Counted from the first letter of the stretch, positions 10,065 through 19,529 are shown. The stretch is 64,000 nucleotides of DNA from Algoriphagus sp. (GCA_023653075.1 JAMNXQ010000005.1:13925-77924), one strand, 5' to 3'. The notes: a model not told the origin generated them from the sequence alone. Made by a program: numbers and translations.

Positions 10065-11231
10065 ATGAGCAACAAAAAATTAATTCGTGTAGGCCTCATC
10101 GGCACAGGGCTGATGGGCAGAATTCACACCAATGGCTACAAGCGCTTGGCTGACTTTTTTCCTGAATACGAATACCGCCCTGTATTGCAAGCCTGCTGTT
10201 CCCGAAGAGAAGCTAACGCCAAGGCTTTTATGGAACGCTGGGACTATGCTTCCTACGAAACAGACTGGCGCAAGCTTTTAGCCCGTGAGGATATTGACGC
10301 AGTGGATATCTGTACGCCAAACGACATGCATGCAGAAATTGCGATTGCTGCGGCAAAGGCTGGCAAAATGATTCTTTGTGAGAAGCCCCTTGCCCGAACT
10401 GTTGACGAAGCCAAAGGCATGCTGGAGGCGGTTGAAAAAGCAGGTGTAAAAAACACAGTGTGGTACAATTACCGCCGTGTGCCAGCAGTGACCCTAGCCA
10501 AAAACATCGTTGCTTCGGGGAAACTGGGCAAGATTTTCCATTACCGAGCCAACTTCCTTCAAGATTGGACCATCAACCCGGACTTGCCTCAGGGTGGAGA
10601 TGGAACCTGGAGATTGGATGTAGAATCAGCAGGCTCAGGAGTAACGGGCGATTTGCTGGCGCACTGCATCGATACAGCCATGTGGATCAACGGAGGAATC
10701 AAAGATGTTTCCGCGATGACCGAGACCTTTGTAAAAGAGCGTGTGCATTCGGACACGGGCAAAAAGCAGGCAGTAGGAATTGATGATGCTTGTATTTTTC
10801 ATTGCCACTTTGACAATGGTTCCCTTGGGCTTTTTGAAGCCACGCGCTATGCACGAGGACACAAGGCTTTATACACCCTTGAGATCAATGGGGAGCATGC
10901 CTCCATCCGTTGGGATTTGCATGATTTGACCCGTTTGGAATATTTTGACCACAGCGACGAAGGCAAGGTGCGAGGCTGGCGATCCATTCACGTCACGGAT
11001 GGAGACCACCCCTACATGCACCGTTGGTGGATCCCGGGAACCTCTATTGGTTACGAACATTCCTTTATCCATCAAGTGGCTGATTTCTTCCACAGTTTGG
11101 AAACTGGTGAATCTTGTCACCCTACCTTCCGCGATGCTTTTGAAACGCAGAAAGTGTGTGAGGCAGTACTGGATTCAGCTCGGGATCGAGCCTGGAAAGA
11201 CACCGGGGTGGAGTGGGTAGAGAAGGTGTAA
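10065..11231 (+). CDS. Gfo/Idh/MocA family NAD(P)-dependent oxidoreductase (levoglucosan-dehydrogenase-like subgroup)
   Basis: [44 protein letters not shown]. Confidence 0.9.
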   Translation: MSNKKLIRVGLIGTGLMGRIHTNGYKRLADFFPEYEYRPVLQACCSRREANAKAFMERWDYASYETDWRKLLAREDIDAVDICTPNDMHAEIAIAAAKAGKMILCEKPLARTVDEAKGMLEAVEKAGVKNTVWYNYRRVPAVTLAKNIVASGKLGKIFHYRANFLQDWTINPDLPQGGDGTWRLDVESAGSGVTGDLLAHCIDTAMWINGGIKDVSAMTETFVKERVHSDTGKKQAVGIDDACIFHCHFDNGSLGLFEATRYARGHKALYTLEINGEHASIRWDLHDLTRLEYFDHSDEGKVRGWRSIHVTDGDHPYMHRWWIPGTSIGYEHSFIHQVADFFHSLETGESCHPTFRDAFETQKVCEAVLDSARDRAWKDTGVEWVEKV

Positions 11232-11262
11232 ATGGAATAGTATAATAAAGGGAATTACCAAG

Positions 11263-11540
11263 TACTCTAGATACAAGAAACAAGAGATTAGACTCAGTTC
11301 TGTTGATATGAAAATTCTGTCTTAGGAGCACGATTCAATTCATCTTGCTTCTTTCGTCTGCCCGCCGCGGCGGGTATCTCAGCTCTTGCTTCGCCCTAAT
11401 GTCGAACGCTGAACGCCCAGTGCAGAATGTCGAAGTAGGGACAACCTGTCTTTAGCCAGAAGCAGGCTCTCTACTCTTGGCTCTTGTTTCTCGCATCTTT
11501 CTTCTAGAACCGTCTTGCTACTTGATACTTGCTACTATTA
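11263..11540 (-). repeat. Dispersed composite repeat family A (inverted relative to the ffh copies), with heptamer tract and nested GC palindrome
   Basis: Reverse complement aligns to 27207-27330 (ttcgacattaggg..gaagcaagag...tatcaacagaactgagtctaat.tcttgtttcttg); 7-nt periodic tract at about 11470-11540. Confidence 0.9.
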
Positions 11541-11541
11541 T

Positions 11542-12102
11542 CTAAATCAATACCACCCTCAAACTCTTGGCTCCCTGCGCTCCAATGACCAAGGACTGCT
11601 CAATGTCTGCGGTTTTGGAGGGGCCGGCAAGGAATAATCCAAAGCCGGAATGGGCTGCTGCTATTTTCTCATACCCTTGATGCATGGTATCCTCAAGAAG
11701 GTTGCGATCGAGAACAATCACCAAATGCTCGGTAGCAAAGGGAAGCGCACGAAGTCCAAGCTGCCTATCCTCAAGCCAGATGGCTCCATTTTCTGCTACC
11801 CCAAATTGTCCGTCTAAGATGGCTACTTCCAAGGTCTCCAAGGCATGCGGGTCCTCCGGCAAAGAAAGGGTAGCAAGCTCGGAGAACTGGGAGGAACGGG
11901 AAATCACTTTTGAAAAGCCCGAAGATGAAAACCATTCTTCCAACTCGCCTTTGGATAGCACTTCGCCCTTGTTGCCGGAGATGGACTGCGTAAATCGTTC
12001 CACCAAATCTCCTGAGTTGCTGAAATTAGGAATATCGGGCAGTGCTTTGGATTCGAGGGTCAGGCTCCGAATCGCGCTTAAGATTTTTTCTCTGCTGCTC
12101 AT
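11542..12102 (-). CDS. lutC: L-lactate utilisation protein C (LUD domain)
   Basis: GVAENGAIW, GPSKTADIEQSLVIGAQG; start placed at MSSREKIL, ATGA overlap with lutB. Confidence 0.9.
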   Translation of the reverse strand: MSSREKILSAIRSLTLESKALPDIPNFSNSGDLVERFTQSISGNKGEVLSKGELEEWFSSSGFSKVISRSSQFSELATLSLPEDPHALETLEVAILDGQFGVAENGAIWLEDRQLGLRALPFATEHLVIVLDRNLLEDTMHQGYEKIAAAHSGFGLFLAGPSKTADIEQSLVIGAQGAKSLRVVLI

Positions 12103-13457
12103 GACCTGTTTTTTCGATACCACTGTTGAAAAGATTCCTTAGGAGCATCTGGGAGGTTTCTATTTTTTCCCCAGCTATTCAAAGGATGATAAATCAGGCT
12201 ATTCGGAAGGGATTTTAGCGCATTCCGCATCAAGCTCCCCGAAATTTTATAGGCTAGAGGACTCTTGAAGATTCCGCTTGCCAACTTCATTGCCAAGCCT
12301 TTGGCGAATTCGCCCTGTGTTTTGGTCACCTCCTGCCTCCATTCGTACAGTTGCTCGTGAATGTTGATTTTCACAGGGCATACATCCGTGCAACTTCCGC
12401 AAAGTGTGGAGGCAAAGGGAAGGCTGCTGTGCTTCTTCAAATCTAGCCCTGGAGATAAAATGGATCCAATAGGTCCTGGAACAGTGCTATTGTAACTGAA
12501 ACCCCCACTTCTACGGTAGATGGGACAGGTGTTCATGCAGGCTCCACAACGGATGCATTTGAGGGAGTTTCTAAATTTCTCTCGTGCCAGCTGCGCCGTA
12601 CGGCCGTTGTCAACTAGGATGATATGGATTTCTTTTCCGGGCGATGGGCTTCTGAAATGTGAGTTGTAGTTGGTAATGGGCTGCCCGGTAGCCGATCTAG
12701 CCAGCAAGCGAAGAAATACCCCGAGGTCTTTCCGTCTGGGGAGGATTTTTTCGATGCCCATGCAGGCGATGTGTACCTGGGCCAGGTGAACCCCCATATC
12801 AGCATTGCCCTCGTTGGTGCACACGATAAATTCCCCCGTCTCCGCAATTCCAAAGTTGACCCCGGTGATGGCCACCTTGGCGGCAAAGAATTTCTCCCGC
12901 AGGTGAACTCGTGCAGCTTGTGTGAGGTAGGCCGGATCTTCATTGCCTTTTTCGGTGTTGAGCTTCTCGTGAAAAAGTTCGGAAATCTCTCCTTTTTTCA
13001 GGTGAATCGCCGGTAAGACTATGTGGCTGGGGGGCTGGTTGAGAAACTGGACGATGCGCTCTCCAAGGTCGGTGTCTACCACCTCGACGCCGTGTTTTTC
13101 CAAGTAGGGATTGAGGTGGCACTCCTCCGTGAGGATGGATTTACTTTTGACGACTGCAGTACAGTTTTGCTGTTGGAGGATTTCTAGTACCAGCCGGTTG
13201 TGTTCTTCGCTGTCTGCTGCCCAATGGACAATTATTCCATTTTTTGTGGCATTGCGCTCAAATTCCTCCAAGTAATCGGCAAGGTTTGCAAGGACATTGT
13301 CCTTGATTCCGGAAGCCAACTCCCGTAATTGCTCCCATTCGGGGATGCCTTTGCTGACTTTGTCTCGCTTGTCGCGAACAAACCAAAGCGTTTCATCGTG
13401 CCATTTCGCTTTTTGGCTATCCTTTAGAAATTCAGCTGCATTCTCCGGATGTGTCAT
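12099..13457 (-). CDS. lutB: L-lactate utilisation Fe-S protein B
   Basis: KSKS..TEE, DTDLGE, PSHIVLPAIH, TNEGN, CIRCGACMNTCP, CGSCTDVCPV; start placed at MTHPENA. Confidence 0.92.
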   Translation of the reverse strand: MTHPENAAEFLKDSQKAKWHDETLWFVRDKRDKVSKGIPEWEQLRELASGIKDNVLANLADYLEEFERNATKNGIIVHWAADSEEHNRLVLEILQQQNCTAVVKSKSILTEECHLNPYLEKHGVEVVDTDLGERIVQFLNQPPSHIVLPAIHLKKGEISELFHEKLNTEKGNEDPAYLTQAARVHLREKFFAAKVAITGVNFGIAETGEFIVCTNEGNADMGVHLAQVHIACMGIEKILPRRKDLGVFLRLLARSATGQPITNYNSHFRSPSPGKEIHIILVDNGRTAQLAREKFRNSLKCIRCGACMNTCPIYRRSGGFSYNSTVPGPIGSILSPGLDLKKHSSLPFASTLCGSCTDVCPVKINIHEQLYEWRQEVTKTQGEFAKGLAMKLASGIFKSPLAYKISGSLMRNALKSLPNSLIYHPLNSWGKNRNLPDAPKESFQQWYRKNRS

Positions 13458-14212
13458 GACAGGGACTGGTTTAGGATTTCCGCTAGGTGAAGAAACTTTA
13501 ACTCCTGCTTGGATCGGGTGGCAATGCCTTGCAAGTGCATGATGCAGGACATATCTCCTCCGGTGAGGATTTCGGTTTTGTGCTCCAGGTGATCTGCAAG
13601 CCTGTCTTTGCCCATTTGGATGGAAAGCGCCTCTTCGGTGACGGCAAAAGTTCCTCCAAAGCCACAGCATTCGTCTGTTCTGCTGAGTTCCACCCATTCC
13701 AATCCGGCTAGATTTTCCAGGAGTTTGCGGGCCTTATTATAGGGAGGTTGATTGAGTTCCGATCCAGAGGAGAGGTGCAGCCCTCGCTGCCCATGGCAGG
13801 AGGAGTGAAAGCCTACTCGATGGGGAAATTTCCCTTCCAGCTTTTCTATTTTGAGTACGTCCGTGATGAATTCGATGAGTTCATAGATTTTATGCCCCAG
13901 GGCTTCCTGTTCTTTTTCTAAGCCGGCAATAGCAGGAAAATGCTCTTTTACGTGCAGCGTGCAGCTTCCAGAAGGACAAACTACATAGTCATAGTCGTTG
14001 AAGGTCTCTATAAAATGGGTTGCCGTACCTACCGTATCCCGTGCATACCCAGCATTGGCTAAGGGCTGCCCACAGCAGGTTTGACCCGAAGGGTAGGTGA
14101 CCTTACATCCTAATTTCTCCAACAATTCCAGCGTAGCAATTCCTACCTGCGGGTAGAACTGATCTACGTAGCAGGGGATAAACAAGGCGACAGATGGGGA
14201 ATTGGCTTTCAT
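13454..14212 (-). CDS. lutA: L-lactate utilisation protein A (CCG-domain Fe-S protein)
   Basis: QTCCGQP, PSGSC, HSSCH, ECCGFGGTF, DMSCIMH. Confidence 0.92.
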   Translation of the reverse strand: MKANSPSVALFIPCYVDQFYPQVGIATLELLEKLGCKVTYPSGQTCCGQPLANAGYARDTVGTATHFIETFNDYDYVVCPSGSCTLHVKEHFPAIAGLEKEQEALGHKIYELIEFITDVLKIEKLEGKFPHRVGFHSSCHGQRGLHLSSGSELNQPPYNKARKLLENLAGLEWVELSRTDECCGFGGTFAVTEEALSIQMGKDRLADHLEHKTEILTGGDMSCIMHLQGIATRSKQELKFLHLAEILNQSLS

Positions 14213-14221
14213 TGGGGTAAG

Positions 14222-15556
14222 TTAAGCGCTTGGGTTCACATTCACGAGCATTGCTGCCCCTAAAGCAGAGCCATTTGGAAAATCACTCGGGATAAGTTCT
14301 ATTCCAGGAAGTTTTTTGCGCAGCAGCTCCAGAAAAATCGGGTTGGCATTGAAGCCACCGTCTACAAATAGCCGAGTAACAGGTGCGCCCTCAAAAACAA
14401 GTTTGACAGAGGCCGCCTGAATGCTAGTTAGCTCATGCAGGAAGGTGTAATAGGCTTCTGTAAATTCGGAGAAGCTGCCCCAATCGCTGGAATCTCCATT
14501 TTCGATCCCAAAATTTTCTGGCTGGATGTAGTGGAAGCGAATTCTTTTTGATGGCTGGCTGCTTACTTTTTGGTACCAAGATTCTTCGAATTGAAGTTTC
14601 TTGTAGGTGCCTAGGGGAAGATTCCAATAGGAATACATTTCTTCCACTTGGTACTTGTGCTCCTCACCGATAAAGAGGCGAGAGATCTTGATGGGCTGCC
14701 CAGAAATACTCAAAAATTGGAGGCAGTCCTTAGTCAGCTCCGATTCCGAGAGCGGGGTCTTGTTGAAAGGATTGATGCTGATCGCCCAGGTGCCCGTTGA
14801 TAGCAGGGCGAAGGGTTCAGTTTCCTGCTTCAGGTAGGGTAGAAGGGCTGCCGAAGAGTCATGAACGCCAATTCCGCAAGGAATTCCACCGAGCTCAGGC
14901 TTGGTTTTCAACAGTGTATCTCCGGGCAATATGGGAGCCTGTAGCCTGTCTATTCCTTCTCGTTTCACCCAATCGTGGTAGTCCATCTTTCCAAAATCCC
15001 ATAAGGCGGTATGGCATCCGATGCTGCTGTAGTCAGAGACAAATTGGCCTGTAAAAATCAAACTTAGGTACTGCGGAAGGTGGAGGCTTCGTTGGATTTT
15101 TTGGTAGACTTCTGGCTTTGCATACTTGAGAAAATAGAGTTGCAGGCCTGAATTCAGCATCGCCAAAGGAGGGGATGAAGTCTCTTTGCAAAAGACAAAT
15201 TTCCCTCCATTTTCGGCATAAAATTTTTCCAGAAGCTCCTCCGGAAAAGGCTTTAGGTAATCGTACAATGGGGCTACCGGCTCTCCATCCAGGTCCGTAT
15301 GAACAAAGGATGCGCCATGTCCCGAAAAGTTAAGCCGCGTAATTTCAAATTCAGTCGAATTTAACGCGGCTTGAAATGTCTCCAGCATCCAATCCCGAAG
15401 TGGCAGCACAGGTTCGCTCGGAAATCCATCCTCGTCAGGAATGGGTTCCAGACGGGTGTAGGTATGAAAGACCTCTCTAAGATTCTGGTCAAAGAGAAAG
15501 AATTTCTTGTTGGTTTTCCCGATGTCGAATACGGCTGTTACTGGGACTTTTGGCAT
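14222..15556 (-). CDS. FGGY-family carbohydrate kinase (probable rhamnulokinase-like)
   Basis: DIGKTNKK, GVHDSSAA, STGTW, VDGGF, GSALGAA; directly downstream of rhaEW. Confidence 0.85.
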   Translation of the reverse strand: MPKVPVTAVFDIGKTNKKFFLFDQNLREVFHTYTRLEPIPDEDGFPSEPVLPLRDWMLETFQAALNSTEFEITRLNFSGHGASFVHTDLDGEPVAPLYDYLKPFPEELLEKFYAENGGKFVFCKETSSPPLAMLNSGLQLYFLKYAKPEVYQKIQRSLHLPQYLSLIFTGQFVSDYSSIGCHTALWDFGKMDYHDWVKREGIDRLQAPILPGDTLLKTKPELGGIPCGIGVHDSSAALLPYLKQETEPFALLSTGTWAISINPFNKTPLSESELTKDCLQFLSISGQPIKISRLFIGEEHKYQVEEMYSYWNLPLGTYKKLQFEESWYQKVSSQPSKRIRFHYIQPENFGIENGDSSDWGSFSEFTEAYYTFLHELTSIQAASVKLVFEGAPVTRLFVDGGFNANPIFLELLRKKLPGIELIPSDFPNGSALGAAMLVNVNPSA

Positions 15557-15580
15557 TGGAATTACAGGAGCTATTCGGGT

Positions 15581-17701
15581 TTATCTTGGGAAAGCTGCAG
15601 CAAGACCACCATCCACATTGAGCATATTTCCAGTGGATTTGTTGAGCAGTCCGCCTACAAAGGCAAAGGCTGCATCCGCAATATCACTGACCTTGACGCT
15701 TTCCTTGAGAAGGGTACGGTTGGCGTAGTATTGCGGGAGATCGGCTACTTCGATGCCGTAGGCTTTGGCGCGATTTTCTGCCCATCCACCTTCCCAGATG
15801 TTCGAATTTTCAATGACTGCATCTGGGTTGACCACATTTACTCGGATTTTATCGTCTGCAAGTTCGGCGGCCATTAGTCTTGACATGTGCAATTGGGCTG
15901 CCTTGGATGTGCCGTAAGCCACATTTTTTGGACCTGCTACCAAAGCATTTTTACTAACAATGTTCACAATATCTCCACCAAGACCTTGCTGCTTCATCAA
16001 GGAAACACCCAGTTTGGAGATGCGGAATTGCCCCATTACCAAGAGGTCGTTGAGCTTCTCCCAATCTTGATCGCTATGGTCTTCAAAGGACTTGGAAATG
16101 GAAATCCCGGCATTGTTGACTACAATATCCAGCCCTCCAAATTGAAGTGCTATGGCTTGGGAAGCACTGGCGATCCTTTCGGAATTGGTCACATCGAGCT
16201 GGAGGCCGAAGACATTGTCTTTGCCGTATTTTTTCTCAAATGCTGCTGCAGTTTGGTCTAGCCGTTCTTGGTTGATATCAGAGATAATCACACAGGCTCC
16301 TTCCTGCAGGAATTTTTCTGCGATGCCTTTTCCGATGCCACCCGCACTTCCAGTGATGAGTGCAATCTTTCTGGAAAGTGGTTTTTCCTTTGGCATGCGC
16401 TGCAGTTTAGCCTCCTCGAGCAACCAGTATTCGATGTCGAAGGCCTCTTGAAGTGGCAAGGATACGTAGCTGGATATGGCTTCCGCACCACGCATCACTT
16501 GGATGGCATTGATGTAAAATTCAGAAGCTACCCGGCTGGTTTGCTTGTCTTTGGCAAAGCTAAACATCCCGACACCTGGCCAAATTATCACCACTGGATT
16601 AGGGTCCCGCATGGCAGGGCTGTTTGCATGTTTGTGTTGCTCGTAATAGGCTGCATAGCGTTCCCGGTAGGACTGAAAAGCAGTTTCCAATTGGGGACGT
16701 AGTCCACTCAGATCTGAAAGGTCGGTAGTTGCAGGAAGGTCAAGAACTAAAGGTGAGATTTTGGTGCGGAGAAAGTGATCCGGGCAGCTGGTTCCCATGG
16801 GAGCTAAGCGTTGCAGATCTTGACTGTTGCTGAATTCCAAGACTACCTCCTTGTCGGTGAAGGTGCCCACCATTCGGGATGCTGAAGATGCCAATCCGCG
16901 CAAAAGCGGTGCGAGTTGAGCCGCTTGGCTTTTCCGTTGATTTGGGGGCAGTGATTTGATTTTTTCTCCTCCAAAAACCGGTCGCTTTTTGCCGTAGTTT
17001 TCAGCAAGAAATGCAGAGGCAGTTTCAATGACTTCCAAACTATTGATGTAGCAGTCATAGGATGTATCTCCCCAGGTAAATAGGCCGTGACCTCCGAGCA
17101 TGATGCCTCGAATGCCGGGATTTTTGTCCAAGGCCTCTCTGAGTTTGAGTCCCAAGTCAAATCCAGGCCGCTGCCAAGGCACCCAAGCGATCGCTCCTTT
17201 CCAGAGGGTTTTGGTGATTTCTTCTCCATCCTTGGATGCGGCAATGGCGATGGCTGCATCCGGGTGGAGGTGGTCGATGTGTTTGAAGGGCAAAAAGCCA
17301 TGGAGGGGCGTATCAATGGATGGAGCTTTGGAGTCCAAATCGTAGAGGCAGTGCCCAAATAATCCCACCATTTCGTCTTCGTGCTCCAAGCCTCGGTAGA
17401 TCCCTTTTAAGGCATTCAACTTGTCTACATACAGCCCTGCAAGACCAGAGCGGGTCATCGTCCCGATATCTCCACCTGAGCCTTTGATCCACATCACTTC
17501 CACCCAGGTTTTGGTCAAGGGGTCTAGTTCTTCCGTTTTGCAGGAAGTATTGCCTCCCCCATAATTTGTGATTCTGAGATCCGCTCCGAGGAGGTTGGAA
17601 CGGTAGAGGAAAAGGTCAACTTCATTGCCTTCGAGTTGTGCAGCTTTCTCCTCATTCCAGAGGTAGTTCACGTAGTTAAACTGGGTGTTTGGGGTATTCA
17701 T
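15581..17701 (-). CDS. rhaEW: Bifunctional rhamnulose-1-phosphate aldolase / lactaldehyde (short-chain) dehydrogenase
   Basis: GGGNTSCK, PSIDTPLH, HLHPD, SCPDHFLRTK, IEYWLLEEAKL, then an SDR domain (TGSAGGIG, NNAG, YGTSK). Confidence 0.9.
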   Translation of the reverse strand: MNTPNTQFNYVNYLWNEEKAAQLEGNEVDLFLYRSNLLGADLRITNYGGGNTSCKTEELDPLTKTWVEVMWIKGSGGDIGTMTRSGLAGLYVDKLNALKGIYRGLEHEDEMVGLFGHCLYDLDSKAPSIDTPLHGFLPFKHIDHLHPDAAIAIAASKDGEEITKTLWKGAIAWVPWQRPGFDLGLKLREALDKNPGIRGIMLGGHGLFTWGDTSYDCYINSLEVIETASAFLAENYGKKRPVFGGEKIKSLPPNQRKSQAAQLAPLLRGLASSASRMVGTFTDKEVVLEFSNSQDLQRLAPMGTSCPDHFLRTKISPLVLDLPATTDLSDLSGLRPQLETAFQSYRERYAAYYEQHKHANSPAMRDPNPVVIIWPGVGMFSFAKDKQTSRVASEFYINAIQVMRGAEAISSYVSLPLQEAFDIEYWLLEEAKLQRMPKEKPLSRKIALITGSAGGIGKGIAEKFLQEGACVIISDINQERLDQTAAAFEKKYGKDNVFGLQLDVTNSERIASASQAIALQFGGLDIVVNNAGISISKSFEDHSDQDWEKLNDLLVMGQFRISKLGVSLMKQQGLGGDIVNIVSKNALVAGPKNVAYGTSKAAQLHMSRLMAAELADDKIRVNVVNPDAVIENSNIWEGGWAENRAKAYGIEVADLPQYYANRTLLKESVKVSDIADAAFAFVGGLLNKSTGNMLNVDGGLAAAFPR

Positions 17702-17923
17702 ACGAGATGGGAATCAGATTTCACAAGATTAGTTAGGGTACTAAAAATAAAATTTAAGCAGGCAATGCTTCCTTAGGTAAGGATTCTTGGCCTATCTCAG
17801 TAGTTGTCTTTTTTAAACACACCACCGAATGATTCAAATTACACTAAAAATCTAAAATCCGGAAGATTTTTTGATTGAAGGTTAAAAAGGTGTTCTAGAT
17901 TGAGAGCAGGAACAAGTTTGAAC

Positions 17924-17964
17924 AGCAAAAAAAAACTCCTACCTGGATTTGAACAGGAAGGTGT
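17924..17964 (-). terminator. Degenerate intrinsic terminator downstream of the XRE gene; direct-repeat copy of 18859-18905
   Basis: agcaaaaaaaaactcctacctggatttgaacaggaaggtgt versus agcaaaaaaaaaaactcctacctgaattcaatcaggtaggagt. Confidence 0.7.
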
Positions 17965-17972
17965 AGATTTGG

Positions 17973-18764
17973 CTAAGGTAGGTTGCCATTTGCATCGACA
18001 CTAAACTTCCATTTCTCCATGTAACAGTCATTCGAAACATTGGCTGTAGTACATTTCTGCTGGAGGCCCTCTATGGTTAGTTTCCCATCGCTTAGGCTAA
18101 TTTTTTCTCCGTATTCATTAAAAAAGCCACCGTAGGTTTTTTGCCAGACAACTTCTCCTTTTTCATTTGTTCTGATGAGCAGGATGTCATAGTTACCTGC
18201 TCCAAAGGAACTTGTAGAACCAAGAAGGAAGTAACCATCATCTGATGTGGAAAGTACCGCACTTGCTTTATCATAGCTTGTGCCTCCATAGGTTTTTTGA
18301 AGTTGAATTGCCCCTTCCTTAGTTAATACAGTAAGTTGGAAATCACAGGAGGTTTCGGTCTCACAATTAATGGTTTGGAGGATTACTTTTTCTGTAACTC
18401 CTTCCCTGGCTTTAATAGGGTTAGGAGTAACTAACCAAAAAGTAGCGAGAGAAATCAAGGTGATGGCAGCGAACATAAAGAGGAGTTTAGTGTGATTTTT
18501 TTTAGAAAAGAAGCGGGAGCCAAACGTTATGAATTTTGATTTCTTGGGAGGAGTTGGTACCGATTCCTGTCGATTTAGCGCCACTTCTTCTTGCTCTAGC
18601 GCTAATAGGTCCACCAATTTGCCCAAGGTATAGGCACTTGGTGCCACCTCGCCTTTTTCAATCCGTTGAATGGTGCGAAGTGTTACACCGCAACGTACAG
18701 CGAGATCGGATTGTGTCCAATTGAGGGTTTTTCTAGCGGTTTTAACTTTTTCAGCCAGGGTCAT
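17973..18764 (-). CDS. Membrane-anchored XRE-family HTH regulator with extracytoplasmic domain
   Basis: ARKTLNWTQSDLA...TLRTIQRIEKGE (HTH_3); TM segment LLFMFAAITLISLATFWLV; C-domain with two QKTYGG repeats. Confidence 0.85.
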   Translation of the reverse strand: MTLAEKVKTARKTLNWTQSDLAVRCGVTLRTIQRIEKGEVAPSAYTLGKLVDLLALEQEEVALNRQESVPTPPKKSKFITFGSRFFSKKNHTKLLFMFAAITLISLATFWLVTPNPIKAREGVTEKVILQTINCETETSCDFQLTVLTKEGAIQLQKTYGGTSYDKASAVLSTSDDGYFLLGSTSSFGAGNYDILLIRTNEKGEVVWQKTYGGFFNEYGEKISLSDGKLTIEGLQQKCTTANVSNDCYMEKWKFSVDANGNLP

Positions 18765-18809
18765 TCCTCAAAAATGGCTGGAATAATCCTCGAAAAAAAG
18801 CGAGGAGCT

Positions 18810-18827
18810 ATGACATCTATGCGACAT
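18810..18827 (-). promoter_or_regulatory. Candidate operator upstream of the XRE gene
   Basis: Minus strand reads ATGTCGcatagATGTCAT, a direct repeat at 11-bp spacing about 45 bp before the start; function inferred. Confidence 0.35.
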
Positions 18828-18861
18828 TTGCCTAGAGTGCAATTGGGAGATGCAGCCAAGC

Positions 18862-18905
18862 AAAAAAAAAAACTCCTACCTGAATTCAATCAGGTAGGAG
18901 TTTTA
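18862..18905 (-). terminator. Intrinsic terminator of the DUF2911 gene
   Basis: A11-ctcctacctga-attcaa-tcaggtaggag-T5 hairpin. Confidence 0.9.
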
Positions 18906-18932
18906 GGAATTTAAAGTGTTTCTCGGAAGAGT

Positions 18933-19529
18933 TTAAAACTGGTTTTTAAACTGCTCCATTTTTTGATCTACCAAGGTGTCTACCATAAAGGAAACAGCGG
19001 ATGTTTCCCAAGCAAGAGTTACTTGAGCTACCTTGTTGTTGCCAGCAGAAATATGGTACTGAAGACGTTCTGTAGCACCTACAGTTGCAGGAGTTGCCTT
19101 CACAGCTACTGCATCGTCAGCAGCAAGGGCTGCCTCATCGATCTTATTGTCTTTCATGTAGCTGTAGATGCTCTCTGCTTTTTTGTTGAGGTGGATGGTC
19201 CACTCACCAGAAGCTGCAGGAGTTACAAAAATAGAATACTTACCAGCTGCCAAATTCTTACCACCTACGTTCACCGCGGTGCTAAATTCGATGATGGTCT
19301 GGCCATTGGCACCAGCTCTCCAGCTTTCGCCGTACTTGATGATTCCACCAAATACTTTTCTGCCTTTCACTGCAGGAGAAGAGTAGTCGATGCTGATTTT
19401 GGTGAAGCCAACCACTTGGCTTACATGTGCTGCAGGACTAGCTGCAGGCTGCTGGATTTGCGCCTTAGCAGCAATAGAACCGACCACTAATAAGCTCAAG
19501 GTCAATAGAAAAGAAAGGGTATTTTTCAT
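18933..19529 (-). CDS. DUF2911 domain exported protein
   Basis: Signal peptide; PAASP, ISIDYSSPAVKGRKVFG, WRAGAN, GKYSIF. Confidence 0.9.
   Translation of the reverse strand: MKNTLSFLLTLSLLVVGSIAAKAQIQQPAASPAAHVSQVVGFTKISIDYSSPAVKGRKVFGGIIKYGESWRAGANGQTIIEFSTAVNVGGKNLAAGKYSIFVTPAASGEWTIHLNKKAESIYSYMKDNKIDEAALAADDAVAVKATPATVGATERLQYHISAGNNKVAQVTLAWETSAVSFMVDTLVDQKMEQFKNQF

Noticed and set aside
13458-13697. Extended N-terminus of lutB; similar extensions in lutC, padR, yfhO, wbqC, susC and PI-PLC
   Set aside because: Longest-ORF artefacts that overlap neighbouring genes or precede clear signal peptides; downstream starts were chosen
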